Assembly (NCBI GenBank): GCA_964401705.1
Contig: CAYNZJ010000001.1
Location: 3,648 to 67,647, forward strand
DNA: 64,000 bases
From: an uncultured Candidatus Saccharibacteria bacterium
GTDB lineage: Bacteria > Patescibacteriota > Minisyncoccia > Phycocordibacterales > UBA9973
Direction: 5' to 3'
The notes below the pieces were generated by a model. The model searched no databases and was not told the DNA's origin. It saw only the letters and a program-made list of their open reading frames with translations. Numbering within the stretch: the stretch's first letter is position 1; each line of letters starts with the position of its first letter. The position numbers were made by a program, and so were the translations under genes. Below are positions 50,366 through 60,859 of this stretch, piece after piece.

Positions 50366-50923
50366 ATGGCAAAGAAAATAGATTATTCAAAAAAAATACT
50401 TAAAATACTAGCGGATAAACCGGCTGTTTTGATTAGTGATATAGTTCAAAGCCCAAACCCTCTCCAAACCTCCCCCTTATCAAGGGGAGGCACCGACATA
50501 AAATCCAAATATGCAATTACAAGGTCATTAAAATCTCTTGCTGATGCTGGGTTTATTGAAAATATCTCATCAGGACAAAATAGCTACGCTAGACTAACTA
50601 AACAAGGTAAAAGAAAATTAAACAGTATCAACCTAGAGAGCGATACCGCAATGGTTAATACTTCTTGGGATGGCAATTGGCGAATCATCATGCTGGATTT
50701 ACCAGAAAATAGAAAAAACGAACGCGAAAGTTTGCGCTATTTATTAAAAAAGGCTGGGTTTATTTGTCTTAAAAATTCGGCTTGGATATCACCTTATCCA
50801 TTTGAATTTATGTTTTACAATATCAAAAAAGATCTTGGCTTAACCAATGAAATGATGATATTTGTTACAAATAAAATTGACGAATTAACTAAAGAAGAAT
50901 TAAATAAAATATTTAAAATCTAA
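50366..50923 (+). CDS. PaaX-like transcriptional regulator, carrying an in-frame GC-rich repeat insertion
   Basis: WDGNWRIIMLDLPENRKNERESLRYLLKKAGFICLKNSAWISPYP matches the PaaX C-domain pattern. The insertion at 50455-50490 encodes NPLQTSPLSRGG. Confidence 0.45.
   Translation: MAKKIDYSKKILKILADKPAVLISDIVQSPNPLQTSPLSRGGTDIKSKYAITRSLKSLADAGFIENISSGQNSYARLTKQGKRKLNSINLESDTAMVNTSWDGNWRIIMLDLPENRKNERESLRYLLKKAGFICLKNSAWISPYPFEFMFYNIKKDLGLTNEMMIFVTNKIDELTKEELNKIFKI
50455..50490. repeat. GC-rich palindromic element (family A, partial copy) inside CDS
   Basis: aaaccctctccaaacctcccccttatcaaggggagg; compare with 43223-43257. Confidence 0.55.
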
Positions 50924-51825
50924 ATAAAATCTTCATTAATAGTAATATTGATATTATTTATATTTTTAGGTAACACCGGCCAGATTGGCCATGGGTTAGT
51001 CTTTAAAATAACTTCTTGAATATTCCCATTTGAATTTAATTGGTTTCTAACATTTTTTTGAGTTTTAAAAGTTAAATTATTTTTTATTTCATCAATATCA
51101 ATATTTGGCATCAAAACCATATCACCTTTTAAAATAAAAGAAACTTGATTACTTTTTATACCATTTATTTTTATATCACTCAAAAGCTCACAAGATAGAT
51201 TATCAATATTCTTCAAATGCTTATTTTCTAAATATAAATTACTTAATATAAATTTTTCTAAGCTACCTGAATCAAAAATCAGAACCGAAGTATCTGCTTT
51301 TAGATATTTTGGATTTTTACTACTATCAAAAACTGGTTCAGTATAAAGTATCCCGCTTTTACAATTACCTATCATTTTATAACCAGTGGGCATATCATAA
51401 ATCAAACGGTTACGGACCTTTTCATCTAGTTTAATTTTTGAAACCGAAAGTTGGTCAGAATTTTCAACTAAGACTTCTTCACTTATAGACATAACGCTAA
51501 CTTTCAAAGGTTTAGTCCAAGAATTTAAAGTAACTTCTTTGTTAAGTTTTTGAATATCTTTTTTGGGAATTATTGTTATATTAATAGAACTAAAAAAATA
51601 AAATCCAACCCATATTATTAATAAAATTATAGCTAATATTATTAATTTTCTTTTTATTCTACTACCTTTTTTTAATTCATTAGGGATTGATTCATAATGC
51701 GCATAATCTTTTGTTGTTTCTTTTAAAATTGGTTTTTGCTTAATGTCTTGCACAGTCAAATTACTCGAGACATTATTTGTCTTTTTTACTGATTTAATAT
51801 CCCCCATTTTTATTTTATTAACCAT
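50920..51825 (-). CDS. hypothetical single-pass membrane protein
   Basis: TM helix LIILAIILLIIWVGFYFF; ORF. Confidence 0.3.
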   Translation of the reverse strand: MVNKIKMGDIKSVKKTNNVSSNLTVQDIKQKPILKETTKDYAHYESIPNELKKGSRIKRKLIILAIILLIIWVGFYFFSSINITIIPKKDIQKLNKEVTLNSWTKPLKVSVMSISEEVLVENSDQLSVSKIKLDEKVRNRLIYDMPTGYKMIGNCKSGILYTEPVFDSSKNPKYLKADTSVLIFDSGSLEKFILSNLYLENKHLKNIDNLSCELLSDIKINGIKSNQVSFILKGDMVLMPNIDIDEIKNNLTFKTQKNVRNQLNSNGNIQEVILKTNPWPIWPVLPKNINNINITINEDFI

Positions 51826-51831
51826 ATTTTT

Positions 51832-52878
51832 TTAAAAATCTTCTTTAATGTAAAAATCTAACAATCTATCCCCGGACTCATTTATTATATCAGTATTTTT
51901 AATATTTATGTGTTTTTTATTAATTTCAAGATCTAATAAATATAAAAATAACTCATTCCAGATTTTATGTAACCCAAAAATCCTAACAGGTCTAGCTGGT
52001 TGTGGAATATTAGGATCAAAAATTTCTAATTTTTCTAAATTTCCACTAAAAGGCTTAAAAACATCCAGAATATCATTTTTTATCCGGACCATTTCATTTG
52101 TATTAAGCTCATTTTTTAAAAACATATTTAGCCAACTAATAGTTGAAAAATACGGTGTGTCCCATTTTTGTCCTAATTTTTCTAATATATTACAAAAACC
52201 AAATGGAATAGTCACACTACTTTTTAATGTGTTTGCACTGTATAATTTTATTATAGTATCGCTTGACCCTAACACAATATAAATATCGTTTGTTTTTATT
52301 TTAGTTAACCCATTTTTAATAATAAATGAACCACCAAAAGTAAAAGTTATTTTTGTTTTATCCCAAATATTTTCTATTGTATTTTTAATAAAAGATACAA
52401 ATTCATAATCCTCGGTAAATTTAGTTAAATAAATTTCAATTTCTTTTGCTTGTTTATTTAATGGTTCAGTATGAACATGCCCATCTAACAAAACTTTTTC
52501 AATTATATATGGATTATTTTGTTTCTTGAAAGATGTAAATTCTTTATCAATAAAAGAACTTAAAAAATTTTTAGTAACAACAAATTCTTTTGATCTTTTT
52601 TCTTTGATATGGCTATGGCTTTCTATAACCCATGGGTTTTCTAAAATTATACAAATTTCATCTAATAAAAAGTTATGTTTATTTTTAAAACTAATCAAAG
52701 TTTCTTTAAATAAAACCTCAATAGGTTTTACAGCTTCATTATTTAAATAAAATTTACGATCATAAAAAATACATTTATGATTTGATAAAAAAGCAATACC
52801 AATGCTTCTAGCATCTATTGATAGATAAAGTCTATTTATAGGTCTTTTATTTTTTTTATTTAAAAGCCATTTAAACAT
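51832..52878 (-). CDS. hypothetical protein (possibly actin-like/PilM-like fold; weak)
   Basis: LSIDARSIGIAFL N-terminus is faintly PilM/FtsA-like; followed by a TM protein. Confidence 0.2.
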   Translation of the reverse strand: MFKWLLNKKNKRPINRLYLSIDARSIGIAFLSNHKCIFYDRKFYLNNEAVKPIEVLFKETLISFKNKHNFLLDEICIILENPWVIESHSHIKEKRSKEFVVTKNFLSSFIDKEFTSFKKQNNPYIIEKVLLDGHVHTEPLNKQAKEIEIYLTKFTEDYEFVSFIKNTIENIWDKTKITFTFGGSFIIKNGLTKIKTNDIYIVLGSSDTIIKLYSANTLKSSVTIPFGFCNILEKLGQKWDTPYFSTISWLNMFLKNELNTNEMVRIKNDILDVFKPFSGNLEKLEIFDPNIPQPARPVRIFGLHKIWNELFLYLLDLEINKKHINIKNTDIINESGDRLLDFYIKEDF

Positions 52879-52881
52879 ATT

Positions 52882-54636
52882 TTATGTAAGCGTTGCTTTT
52901 ATACGACGTATACCTTGGGCAACGGCTTCTTCTTTTTGGATTTTAAATACACCTAGTTCGTTAGTATTATTTACATGTGGACCACCACAGAATTCAATAC
53001 TAAAAGGCGTGCCGTCTTGTTCAATTGAATAAACCGAGACCATTTCGGGATATTTTGCACCAAATTCCATTTCGGCACCTAACTTCTCGGCTTCTACTAG
53101 TGGCATTTCTTTGCGAACTACGGCCAAACCAGCCTTAATTTTTTCATTTACAATATCTTCTACCTGCTGTCTCTCAACATCTGTCATTTTGCGGTCAAAC
53201 ATAAAATCAATACGAAGTCGTTCTTCGGTAATGTTACTACCCCGTTGTTTTACACTTTTACCTAATACTTGTTGCAATGCGGCTAATAGTAAATGGTGGG
53301 CAGTGTGCAATTTAATAGTTTGTTCGTTGTGATTTGCAAGCCCACCCTTGAACATCCCAGCTGATGCTGTTTGTGATAATTTTTGATGCTCTTGCATTTT
53401 AGTATTAAAATCTTGCATATCAATAGCTATACCCTTTTCTTGTGCTAATTCCAAAGTTAATTCAATTGGAAAGCCATATGTAGTTGCTAAAATAAAAGGG
53501 TCAATACCTTTTTCGAATTCTTTCAATCCTTTTTCAAGTGTCTGCCTAAACTTTTCCATTTCATTTTTGAGAATTTGGATTTGAGTATTTTTTTCTAAAG
53601 AATCAATATTTGAATAAACACCATTATATAATTGCTGAAACATACCAAAAATTCTCTCTAAATCACTATCGTTTAAAAGCAATTGGTTTGCTTGAATCAT
53701 CATCCGACGAATCAAACGACGCAGAACATAACCTTGATCTTTATTATTTGGTAAAACTCCATCAGAAATTAAAAATACAGAACACCGCAAATGCTCGGCG
53801 ATTATTTTTATACTTTTTTCAAAATTATTTACACTATGATTTTTAATTTGATCAACAACATTACTAAACAAATCAGTTTCAAAAACATTCTTTTTGTTTT
53901 GCACAACCATTGTAATACGCTCCAGTCCCATACCGGTATCAACATTTTTTTGAGCTAGTTTGCCAATGACTTTGCCATCCTTTTTCTCGTACTCCATGAA
54001 TACGTTGTTCCAAATTTCAACAACACGGCCTTCGTCATCAGCTTGTACAAACCGATCATGAGTCATATCGCCTAATGGTTCGTCGTTTACATCATAAAAA
54101 ATTTCAGTATCGGGGCCACATGGGCCATTGTCGCCCGGGCTCCACCAGTTGTTTTTAGCAGGTAAAAAGTATATGCGGTTTTCGGGCATGTATTTCTTCC
54201 AAATCTCTACTGCCTCGTTATCGCGAGGAGCATTTTCATCACCTTCAAAAACAGTTACATAAATCCTATTTGGATCAAGACCAAGACCCTCAACTTTATC
54301 AGTCAAAAATTCGTAACTCCATCTTATAGATTCTTCTTTAAAATAATCACCCAGTGACCAATTACCAAGCATTTCAAAAAAAGTAAGATGACGATTGTCG
54401 CCAACCTCATCAATATCACCTGTTCGTACGCATTTTTGGCAACTAGCAAGTCTACTGCCCAGTGGATGTTTTTGGCCCATTAAATAAGGCACCAGTGGTT
54501 GCATACCGGCAGTATTAAACAATACCGATGGGTCATTCTCAGGCACTAAAGATGCCGAAGGTAGTATTTTATGTCCCCTTTTTTCAAAAAAATTTAAGAA
54601 TCTTTGACGGATTTCGTTGGATGTCATACTGAACAA
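52882..54636 (-). CDS. alaS: alanine--tRNA ligase, short form lacking C-Ala domain
   Basis: FLNFFEKRGHKILPSASLVP...LFNTAGMQPL; editing motifs HTAHHLL and CGGPH; 584 aa. Confidence 0.8.
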   Translation of the reverse strand: MFSMTSNEIRQRFLNFFEKRGHKILPSASLVPENDPSVLFNTAGMQPLVPYLMGQKHPLGSRLASCQKCVRTGDIDEVGDNRHLTFFEMLGNWSLGDYFKEESIRWSYEFLTDKVEGLGLDPNRIYVTVFEGDENAPRDNEAVEIWKKYMPENRIYFLPAKNNWWSPGDNGPCGPDTEIFYDVNDEPLGDMTHDRFVQADDEGRVVEIWNNVFMEYEKKDGKVIGKLAQKNVDTGMGLERITMVVQNKKNVFETDLFSNVVDQIKNHSVNNFEKSIKIIAEHLRCSVFLISDGVLPNNKDQGYVLRRLIRRMMIQANQLLLNDSDLERIFGMFQQLYNGVYSNIDSLEKNTQIQILKNEMEKFRQTLEKGLKEFEKGIDPFILATTYGFPIELTLELAQEKGIAIDMQDFNTKMQEHQKLSQTASAGMFKGGLANHNEQTIKLHTAHHLLLAALQQVLGKSVKQRGSNITEERLRIDFMFDRKMTDVERQQVEDIVNEKIKAGLAVVRKEMPLVEAEKLGAEMEFGAKYPEMVSVYSIEQDGTPFSIEFCGGPHVNNTNELGVFKIQKEEAVAQGIRRIKATLT

Positions 54637-54676
54637 TATAACATTTTTAAGCTTAAAAATAAAATTAATTTATAAA

Positions 54677-55246
54677 TTAATATTTTCTGATGACACCTTT
54701 TACAATTGCCCAAATTTTTAAATCATTTACAGGGTAAATTGGCTTAAAATCCTTATTTGCGGGTTCAAGCCAAACCTTATCACCATCTTTTTTAAAATAT
54801 TTCATTGTAAATTCTCCATCAACTTCAGCAATTACTATTTGTCCATCGCGAGCAAACTGTGACTTTTCCGCTATAACCATATCACCATCAGCAATGTGAG
54901 CTTCTATCATTGAATTACCATCAACTTCTAGTATATAAGTAGAATCTTTTTTACGAATTAAAAAGTTGTTTAAATTAATTGTAGTTTCCATTACATCTTC
55001 CGATGGTGACGGAAAACCAGCCTTGACTAACCCTAATAATGGCACATCACCAAATGACGAACTAGGTATAAGCCGGCCCAGTGGGTCTTTTTCTACAATG
55101 CCTGCCTCTATAAGTTTTTCCACTAAACGGGCGACAGTATTTTTAGATTTAAAGTCAAATAATTTCATCATCTCAGTATAGGTAGGCATTCGGTTAGATG
55201 AAGCATAAAAATCGACAAGTTTATTTTTGTATTCGTTAATATTCAT
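54677..55246 (-). CDS. lexA: LexA repressor
   Basis: wHTH N-terminus, VPLLGLVKAG cleavage region, GNSM serine, S24 peptidase domain. Confidence 0.85.
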   Translation of the reverse strand: MNINEYKNKLVDFYASSNRMPTYTEMMKLFDFKSKNTVARLVEKLIEAGIVEKDPLGRLIPSSSFGDVPLLGLVKAGFPSPSEDVMETTINLNNFLIRKKDSTYILEVDGNSMIEAHIADGDMVIAEKSQFARDGQIVIAEVDGEFTMKYFKKDGDKVWLEPANKDFKPIYPVNDLKIWAIVKGVIRKY

Positions 55247-55249
55247 ATA

Positions 55250-55459
55250 TTAAAATTGTAAAGATGAAGCTGAAAAAAATTTAGAGAAAAAACTTTTTAC
55301 AGAATTCTTATGAGTATGTTGATAAATTCTTTTTAATAATAATTTGTGCTCTTTAGCTAATTCAAAATATTTCTCTCCAGAAATTATTCTTAAATCAATC
55401 TCTCTATTTATCTTTTGCAATTCTCGTTGCAAAGTTTGTATATATTGTTCTCTTGTCAT
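55250..55459 (-). CDS. small coiled-coil protein co-transcribed upstream of lexA
   Basis: ORF 69 aa; operon position. Confidence 0.3.
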   Translation of the reverse strand: MTREQYIQTLQRELQKINREIDLRIISGEKYFELAKEHKLLLKRIYQHTHKNSVKSFFSKFFSASSLQF

Positions 55460-55472
55460 GTTTATATTATAT

Positions 55473-55490
55473 GTGAACGCTCGTTCACAT
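55473..55490. promoter_or_regulatory. candidate LexA operator (Cheo-box-like GAAC-N4-GTTC)
   Basis: tgtGAACgctcGTTCaca lies 14 nt upstream of the operon start, inside a larger imperfect palindrome tctcttgtcatg...catgcaagaga. Confidence 0.5.
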
Positions 55491-55514
55491 GCAAGAGATA
55501 ATACTGTGGATAAC

Positions 55515-56777
55515 TTAATTAATTATTTTTTCTTTAATAGCAACGTTATTCCCTGCTACAAATCCTGTAGTCCAACATAGTTGCAGTGAAAATCCACCTG
55601 ATGGTCGATTAATGTGTAATAAGTCCCCTGTGATGAATAAATTTTTGATTTTTTCTGATCGCATTGTGCGCATATCGATTTCATTTAGTGGGACACCACC
55701 GTCCGCAATTACGGCTCGGTCAAACCCCATCAGCCCGGTGATAGTCAAAGGTAGTGCCTTTAAAGTATCTACAATGTATTTACGTTCATCTTTAGTGATT
55801 GAATGTACCTTTTTATCAATATCGATTTTATCTTGGAGCAATATTAGTATACCTTTACTCATACCTTCGGGGACTATTTCTTTAATCATATTTTTAAATA
55901 ATTTATTTTTATTCTCATCAAAAATTGTAATTATTTTTTTATCAAGTGCGCCTAAATCAGTATCGGGATACATATCGATTTTGGCAGTAACAATATTAGT
56001 ATGCAGTAAATCCGAAACTAAATAAGCACTGTTTAATATAAGTGGCCCTGATAAACCAAAATGAGTGAACAAAACTTTACCAGTTCTGGAAAAAGCTTTT
56101 TTACCTTCAGCATAAAAAGTAATCTTCATAAATGACAATGATGTTCCAGATAATGCTTTACTCCATTTTTCTGCAGTAGCTAGTGGTACAATTGATGGTG
56201 TTGGTTTAGCTACATTGTGACCTAAATCTTTTAACCATTTAAAACCGTCTCCAGTGGACCCAGTCTCAGGATGAGACAAACTACCCGTAGCTAAAACATA
56301 GTCTTGCGCAATATATTCTTTATCACCACACATTATGCTTGTAATTACATTGTCTTTAGTATTTATTTTAGTTACTGGCGATGATGTATGAATTGTTACA
56401 TTTTTATTAGTTACGTATTTTTCCATAACTTTATACACATCTTCAGCTTTTTCTGTATGTGGAAATGCGCGCTGGCGAGCTTGAACAACTAATGGTAATC
56501 CCCGTTTTTCAAAAAAATCAAAAGTATCTTGCGCATTAAATTGTGCAAATAAAGAATAAAGAAATTTTTCCGCTTTACCATAAATTGATAAAAATTTACG
56601 GATATCTTTTTCAGCATTGGTTACGTTAGACCGGCCTCCACCACCAATACGGATTTTCTCGCCCATGCGTTTGTTTTTCTCCAGCAGTAGTACCTTTTTA
56701 CCTAGTTCGGACGCTCGTCCAGCGCTCATCATACCTGATGCTCCACCACCAATAACAATTACATCATATTTTTCCAT
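55515..56777 (-). CDS. HI0933-like NAD(P)/FAD-dependent oxidoreductase (BaiN/aminoacetone oxidase family)
   Basis: MEKYDVIVIGGGASGMMSAGRASELGKKVLLLEKN Rossmann dinucleotide motif; 420 aa. Confidence 0.7.
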   Translation of the reverse strand: MEKYDVIVIGGGASGMMSAGRASELGKKVLLLEKNKRMGEKIRIGGGGRSNVTNAEKDIRKFLSIYGKAEKFLYSLFAQFNAQDTFDFFEKRGLPLVVQARQRAFPHTEKAEDVYKVMEKYVTNKNVTIHTSSPVTKINTKDNVITSIMCGDKEYIAQDYVLATGSLSHPETGSTGDGFKWLKDLGHNVAKPTPSIVPLATAEKWSKALSGTSLSFMKITFYAEGKKAFSRTGKVLFTHFGLSGPLILNSAYLVSDLLHTNIVTAKIDMYPDTDLGALDKKIITIFDENKNKLFKNMIKEIVPEGMSKGILILLQDKIDIDKKVHSITKDERKYIVDTLKALPLTITGLMGFDRAVIADGGVPLNEIDMRTMRSEKIKNLFITGDLLHINRPSGGFSLQLCWTTGFVAGNNVAIKEKIIN

Positions 56778-56815
56778 ATATCTAAAAACTATAGCAAAAA
56801 ATCATTTAAAAGTCT

Positions 56816-57322
56816 TTAAACTATTTTATACGCCCAGTGGAGCAAGGCTTGGCGTTGGCGTGGGCGACACTGCGTGTCGCCCACGCGACAGTTCGCTTGT
56901 ATTTGGCCAATATGTCGGCGCATCGCCTTCCACCTTTTTATTTGCCTTGCGTCTTCATCTGGTATACGGCGCCCCATATAGTACCGACAATACCATTGAA
57001 ACCAGCCCCTAGGGTCTTCTTTATATATCCAACCCTTGGCCCGCCAAACCGACAATGGTTGCGATGCATTTACTTTAAAGTAATTTAAATTTTTCTCGCG
57101 TTTGTCCCCCTTTGCAAACTTGGCTTTTGTAAACCAATCTTTTGGGAATTCTTTACTGCAGTCACGCATATAAACACCACCAAACACACCCATGGATAGC
57201 ATTTGTTTAGGTGTAATATTTGGTTTAAATTCTTTATCAAAATTTTTACCTACAGGCTCGGTTAAAAAATATACATAACCTTTTTGCATTTTGTCGTTTA
57301 CTGTAACCTTTTTTGATTTCAT
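56816..57322 (-). CDS. hypothetical protein whose C-terminal ~35 aa are encoded by a GC-rich repeat region
   Basis: ORF. The 3' end 56819-56923 lies in the GC-rich palindromic sequence gggcgacactgcgtgtcgccc. Confidence 0.3.
   Translation of the reverse strand: MKSKKVTVNDKMQKGYVYFLTEPVGKNFDKEFKPNITPKQMLSMGVFGGVYMRDCSKEFPKDWFTKAKFAKGDKREKNLNYFKVNASQPLSVWRAKGWIYKEDPRGWFQWYCRYYMGRRIPDEDARQIKRWKAMRRHIGQIQANCRVGDTQCRPRQRQALLHWAYKIV
56829..56905. repeat. GC-rich hairpin element (family B: AAGGCTTGGCGTyGGCG...)
   Basis: gcaaggcttggcgttggcgtgggcgacactgcgtgtcgcccacgcgacag. Perfect stem GGGCGACAC/GTGTCGCCC. Similar to 41041-41072. Confidence 0.4.
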
Positions 57323-57331
57323 ATTATAAAA

Positions 57332-57631
57332 CTATTTTAACATAATGTTTACTTTTATTTCGTCTCCTGCAAAAAGGCCTTCGTTTTTTAAAACCTTTTT
57401 ATTTATGCATAGTAGATAATCAACTTGTTTGCTAATTTTTTTATTAGGCGTGTGTGGAAAAAGCGATGTCGCCCACTCGCTTTTCCCGCACTTGGCAACT
57501 ATTGGTACAAACCCCCGTGTATAAACACTGCGAATTTGTGCCGACAACTTTTTATCAAGTGTTATAAAATGCCAACCGCCATTTCCTGGCCAACGCCAAA
57601 TTTTTGCTTTTACAATAAAATATTTCTTCAT
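57332..57631 (-). CDS. DUF1905-like small protein
   Basis: KAKIWRWPGNGGWHFITLDK...VPIVAKCGKSEWATSLFP; weak match to the family. Confidence 0.35.
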   Translation of the reverse strand: MKKYFIVKAKIWRWPGNGGWHFITLDKKLSAQIRSVYTRGFVPIVAKCGKSEWATSLFPHTPNKKISKQVDYLLCINKKVLKNEGLFAGDEIKVNIMLK

Positions 57632-57718
57632 TCTTATATTAAATAAATAATATTATAATTCATGTTTTAATAATAATGTTTATTCAGTTTTTATATATTA
57701 TACAAACTATTAAACCTT

Positions 57719-58186
57719 TTAATTTAATACTGCCTTTGTAAAAGGAACAGAAAAAGCCTTGCACCAAACCCATACTTCTGCCGGGTCTACACCTGCTGGT
57801 AATTCATAATTTTGAGCACCAATATTACCTTTTAATTTTCCTAATTCACTACCTTTTATATATTTACCATTTTCCCCCAGCCCAACATATAAATCTGGAC
57901 CATTGTTTACAGTGAAATCTTCTTCGAAACGTATATAATTTTTATCTCCAATTTTTATAACACTAGCTGTACCTGACCCTGTATGTACTTTATCAAAGCC
58001 TGTAAACTGACCTTGTTTTAATTTAACAATTTGTTGATCAACATTATTAGCTTGATCTTCTAGTAAAGAATTATCTACTGTTGGTAAAGATTCATTAACT
58101 TCATTATTAATAAAAAAAGGAGAAACAAACCAATACCCTATACTCAACACCCCGATAACTAAAACAAATATAAAAATTTTTTTCAT
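57719..58186 (-). CDS. DM13 domain-containing secreted protein
   Basis: Signal peptide, then [19 protein letters not shown]...NGPDLYVGL...[16 protein letters not shown]. Confidence 0.5.
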   Translation of the reverse strand: MKKIFIFVLVIGVLSIGYWFVSPFFINNEVNESLPTVDNSLLEDQANNVDQQIVKLKQGQFTGFDKVHTGSGTASVIKIGDKNYIRFEEDFTVNNGPDLYVGLGENGKYIKGSELGKLKGNIGAQNYELPAGVDPAEVWVWCKAFSVPFTKAVLN

Positions 58187-58560
58187 AAAGATATTATATC
58201 ATTTCCCTCTATAAATTTTAATGATATTGAATTTACGCAATGGCGAATGTTTTTATCGGTTAGCATTTCGCCCTCAAATACATGACCTAAATGCCCACCA
58301 CAATTGGCACACGTGATTTCAGTCCTTATACCATCGGTATCAAGCGTGCGTTTTACCGCGCCTTCAATCTCTTGGTCAAAGCTTGGCCAGCCACAAGTAC
58401 TTTCAAATTTATCTTTTGAATTATACATTGGCGCATTACATTGCCGGCACACATACACACCGTGGGCAGTATTGTTAACATATTCACCTGTAAAAGGCAT
58501 TTCGGTACCCTTGCCCAATATTACCCTCTTTTCTTCGTCTGTTAGATCGTTTAATTGCAT
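58183..58560 (-). CDS. msrB: peptide-methionine (R)-S-oxide reductase
   Basis: CRQCNAPMY...GWPSF...[19 protein letters not shown]. Confidence 0.85.
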   Translation of the reverse strand: MQLNDLTDEEKRVILGKGTEMPFTGEYVNNTAHGVYVCRQCNAPMYNSKDKFESTCGWPSFDQEIEGAVKRTLDTDGIRTEITCANCGGHLGHVFEGEMLTDKNIRHCVNSISLKFIEGNDIISL

Positions 58561-58564
58561 AAAT

Positions 58565-59011
58565 TTATTTTACAATATACCAAACCAGCATTGCCAAACC
58601 ACCCCACCAACCAATATCTGAAATTATCAAACTTACCATAATTTTATTTTGCAATGTTTGTGGCAACAATTCGCTCGCCCTACCCTCGGCCTCTGTTTTT
58701 AATAAAAACGGGCTTACATAAAATGATAAAAATATTCCGTTTAAAATCAAAACTATTGCAATAATTGCATGGTACATTGGTACGGAAGCTATTGGCACAT
58801 TGCGGTAAAAAATAAATCCACCAATAATTGCAAGTATCATACCCACCCAAATCATGGGCTTGGTTACTTTGTGAGTGCGAATTGTCGCCTCGGTCCAATA
58901 GCTAGACTTGCGCCCCAAAAATCCATGAATATCAATAACACTCACAGCACCCAGGCCTATAACAAAGCCAGCGATCATAACAAATAAACCAATAAAATTT
59001 AATGTAATCAT
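58565..59011 (-). CDS. hypothetical membrane protein
   Basis: Start reset to MITLNFIG; several TM helices. Confidence 0.3.
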   Translation of the reverse strand: MITLNFIGLFVMIAGFVIGLGAVSVIDIHGFLGRKSSYWTEATIRTHKVTKPMIWVGMILAIIGGFIFYRNVPIASVPMYHAIIAIVLILNGIFLSFYVSPFLLKTEAEGRASELLPQTLQNKIMVSLIISDIGWWGGLAMLVWYIVK

Positions 59012-59406
59012 TATCTGTTTAAATAAGTAATTGTTAATTGCAAAACTGTCGCAAAGCTTACCCATAATAAGTATGGTATTTGCATATACACCACCCATTT
59101 CGCATGCGGGTATATTGCAATCATTAACCAAATTATTGTAGCCAATACCAATACAATATCAACTGCAGCCAATAAATTATTTTTCAAACCAAATTGAAAA
59201 TAAGTAAAAGAAAAATTAAAAATCAAATTCAATATAAATGGCAGTGCCACAATAAAAGGAATTTGTTTTTGATAAAGCATTATAAAAACCTTACCAAATG
59301 ATATTGCAATCAATGTGTATAAGAAACTCCACACTGGCCCAAATAAAAAGCTTGGCGGCGCCCAACTTGGCCTAATCAATGTGCTGTACCAATTGTATGA
59401 TTCCAT
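59011..59406 (-). CDS. tspO: TspO/MBR family tryptophan-rich sensory protein
   Basis: NWYSTLIRPSWAPPSFLFGPVWSFLYTLIAI. Confidence 0.6.
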   Translation of the reverse strand: MESYNWYSTLIRPSWAPPSFLFGPVWSFLYTLIAISFGKVFIMLYQKQIPFIVALPFILNLIFNFSFTYFQFGLKNNLLAAVDIVLVLATIIWLMIAIYPHAKWVVYMQIPYLLWVSFATVLQLTITYLNR

Positions 59407-59426
59407 ATATTTATTATACCACAGGC

Positions 59427-59819
59427 CTATATACCCATAAAAACAATCAAACCAGAGGTTAAAAATACAAACACGTGGTACCACGGGTGTGATTTATTAT
59501 AATCACCAAACTTAAAACCGTAAATAAAAAACAGTATTGTTAGCGACAATAATATAGCCAAAGGCATTTGCCATTCGCCACCAACCTTATTAAATATAAA
59601 ATAGTACATATATGCGTGCGCCCCAATACCTACCACCCAGTCGGCAGTTCGCGCAAAAACAAAAAGTTTTGATTTGCGATTGTATAAACTTAAATAGTGA
59701 TACATTGGCGATGCCACGCACAGCCCCACACAGAATGCAAAATACAACCACTCGCCTTTCCAAGCAGAAATCAATGTCGGCACAAGTAAAAAAATATTTG
59801 AAGTTAAAATTTTCGGCAT
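59427..59819 (-). CDS. hypothetical membrane protein
   Basis: ORF with TM helices. Confidence 0.25.
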   Translation of the reverse strand: MPKILTSNIFLLVPTLISAWKGEWLYFAFCVGLCVASPMYHYLSLYNRKSKLFVFARTADWVVGIGAHAYMYYFIFNKVGGEWQMPLAILLSLTILFFIYGFKFGDYNKSHPWYHVFVFLTSGLIVFMGI

Positions 59820-59820
59820 G

Positions 59821-60192
59821 TTATATAAAAATGATTATATAATAATAAATCAAGCAAAGCACCACCCACGCAATTGAAAATTTCGGACAAATTAGGCCTT
59901 TATAATTGAGCCACTCCCCACTATAATCCCAAAGCATAATATTTTTGTATTTCAAGTATGTGTAGCCAGTTATAAATTCGATGCTTGTTGTAAAAACTAA
60001 AATCAATATTATTAAAATATAAATTGGTAAATTATATTGCGACAAAATGTACAAAAATGCAGTGCTTAAACCATACATTTGCAAGTTTATAAAAAGTGGC
60101 CAAACTATTTTTTTGGCATTAATCGATCGGTATAGGAATTCTAAAACAAACCCAAAACCTAAACCAATTAAATAGTGTATTAGTATTTGCAT
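59821..60192 (-). CDS. hypothetical membrane protein
   Basis: ORF with TM helices. Confidence 0.25.
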   Translation of the reverse strand: MQILIHYLIGLGFGFVLEFLYRSINAKKIVWPLFINLQMYGLSTAFLYILSQYNLPIYILIILILVFTTSIEFITGYTYLKYKNIMLWDYSGEWLNYKGLICPKFSIAWVVLCLIYYYIIIFI

Positions 60193-60287
60193 GGGTTTAT
60201 TTTAACACACTCGCAATGACTATTTTTATCATGCTTTGATTTGACATTTAACTATTTTAGTGTTAATTTAAAGAAAATTTAGATACA

Positions 60288-60770
60288 ATGGAATTAATAG
60301 ATTTCAACCAAAAACCAACATCAATAGCGCCATACGAATTTGGCCAAGATGTAAATCGGGAAAATTTTGTAAATTTTCTAATCCTTAGTTATGCTGTTTC
60401 CAGAGGAAACTTTGTAATCCAAAAAGTATTCTTTGTAATGTATGAGAAAAAATTCAACTTCCCTTATAAACAAGTAATTCAGGATTTTTATGAAAGTGGC
60501 GGGTACGATGCGTTCACCGAAGAAGAACAACAAATCTTTCAAAAAGCATTTCGTGGCGTTTCTGCTCATATGGAAAAGTATATTGAGATGGAAATTGAGG
60601 ACGAAATTCGAGATGAAATCGATGGCCTATGTGATAGACCAGAAAGTGAAAGAGAAATTATTTTCAACTCGGCACTAAATTTCTTTAATTTTGATTCTAT
60701 TAATTCAGTTCTTGAATTCAACAAAATAGCAAAAGAATTTAATGGCAGAACTGAATCTTCGTTAAATTAA
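60288..60770 (+). CDS. hypothetical acidic protein
   Basis: ORF. Confidence 0.25.
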   Translation: MELIDFNQKPTSIAPYEFGQDVNRENFVNFLILSYAVSRGNFVIQKVFFVMYEKKFNFPYKQVIQDFYESGGYDAFTEEEQQIFQKAFRGVSAHMEKYIEMEIEDEIRDEIDGLCDRPESEREIIFNSALNFFNFDSINSVLEFNKIAKEFNGRTESSLN

Positions 60771-60790
60771 AAAACTTAATACATTTACAA

Positions 60791-60815
60791 GGCGAGTATA
60801 AACCTCGCCTTTTTT
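60791..60815 (+). terminator. rho-independent terminator
   Basis: aaggcgagtataaacctcgcctttttt. Confidence 0.5.
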
Positions 60816-60859
60816 ATTTAGCTTAAGAGTAGATTATTTTTTGAAATATAAAAAACAAA

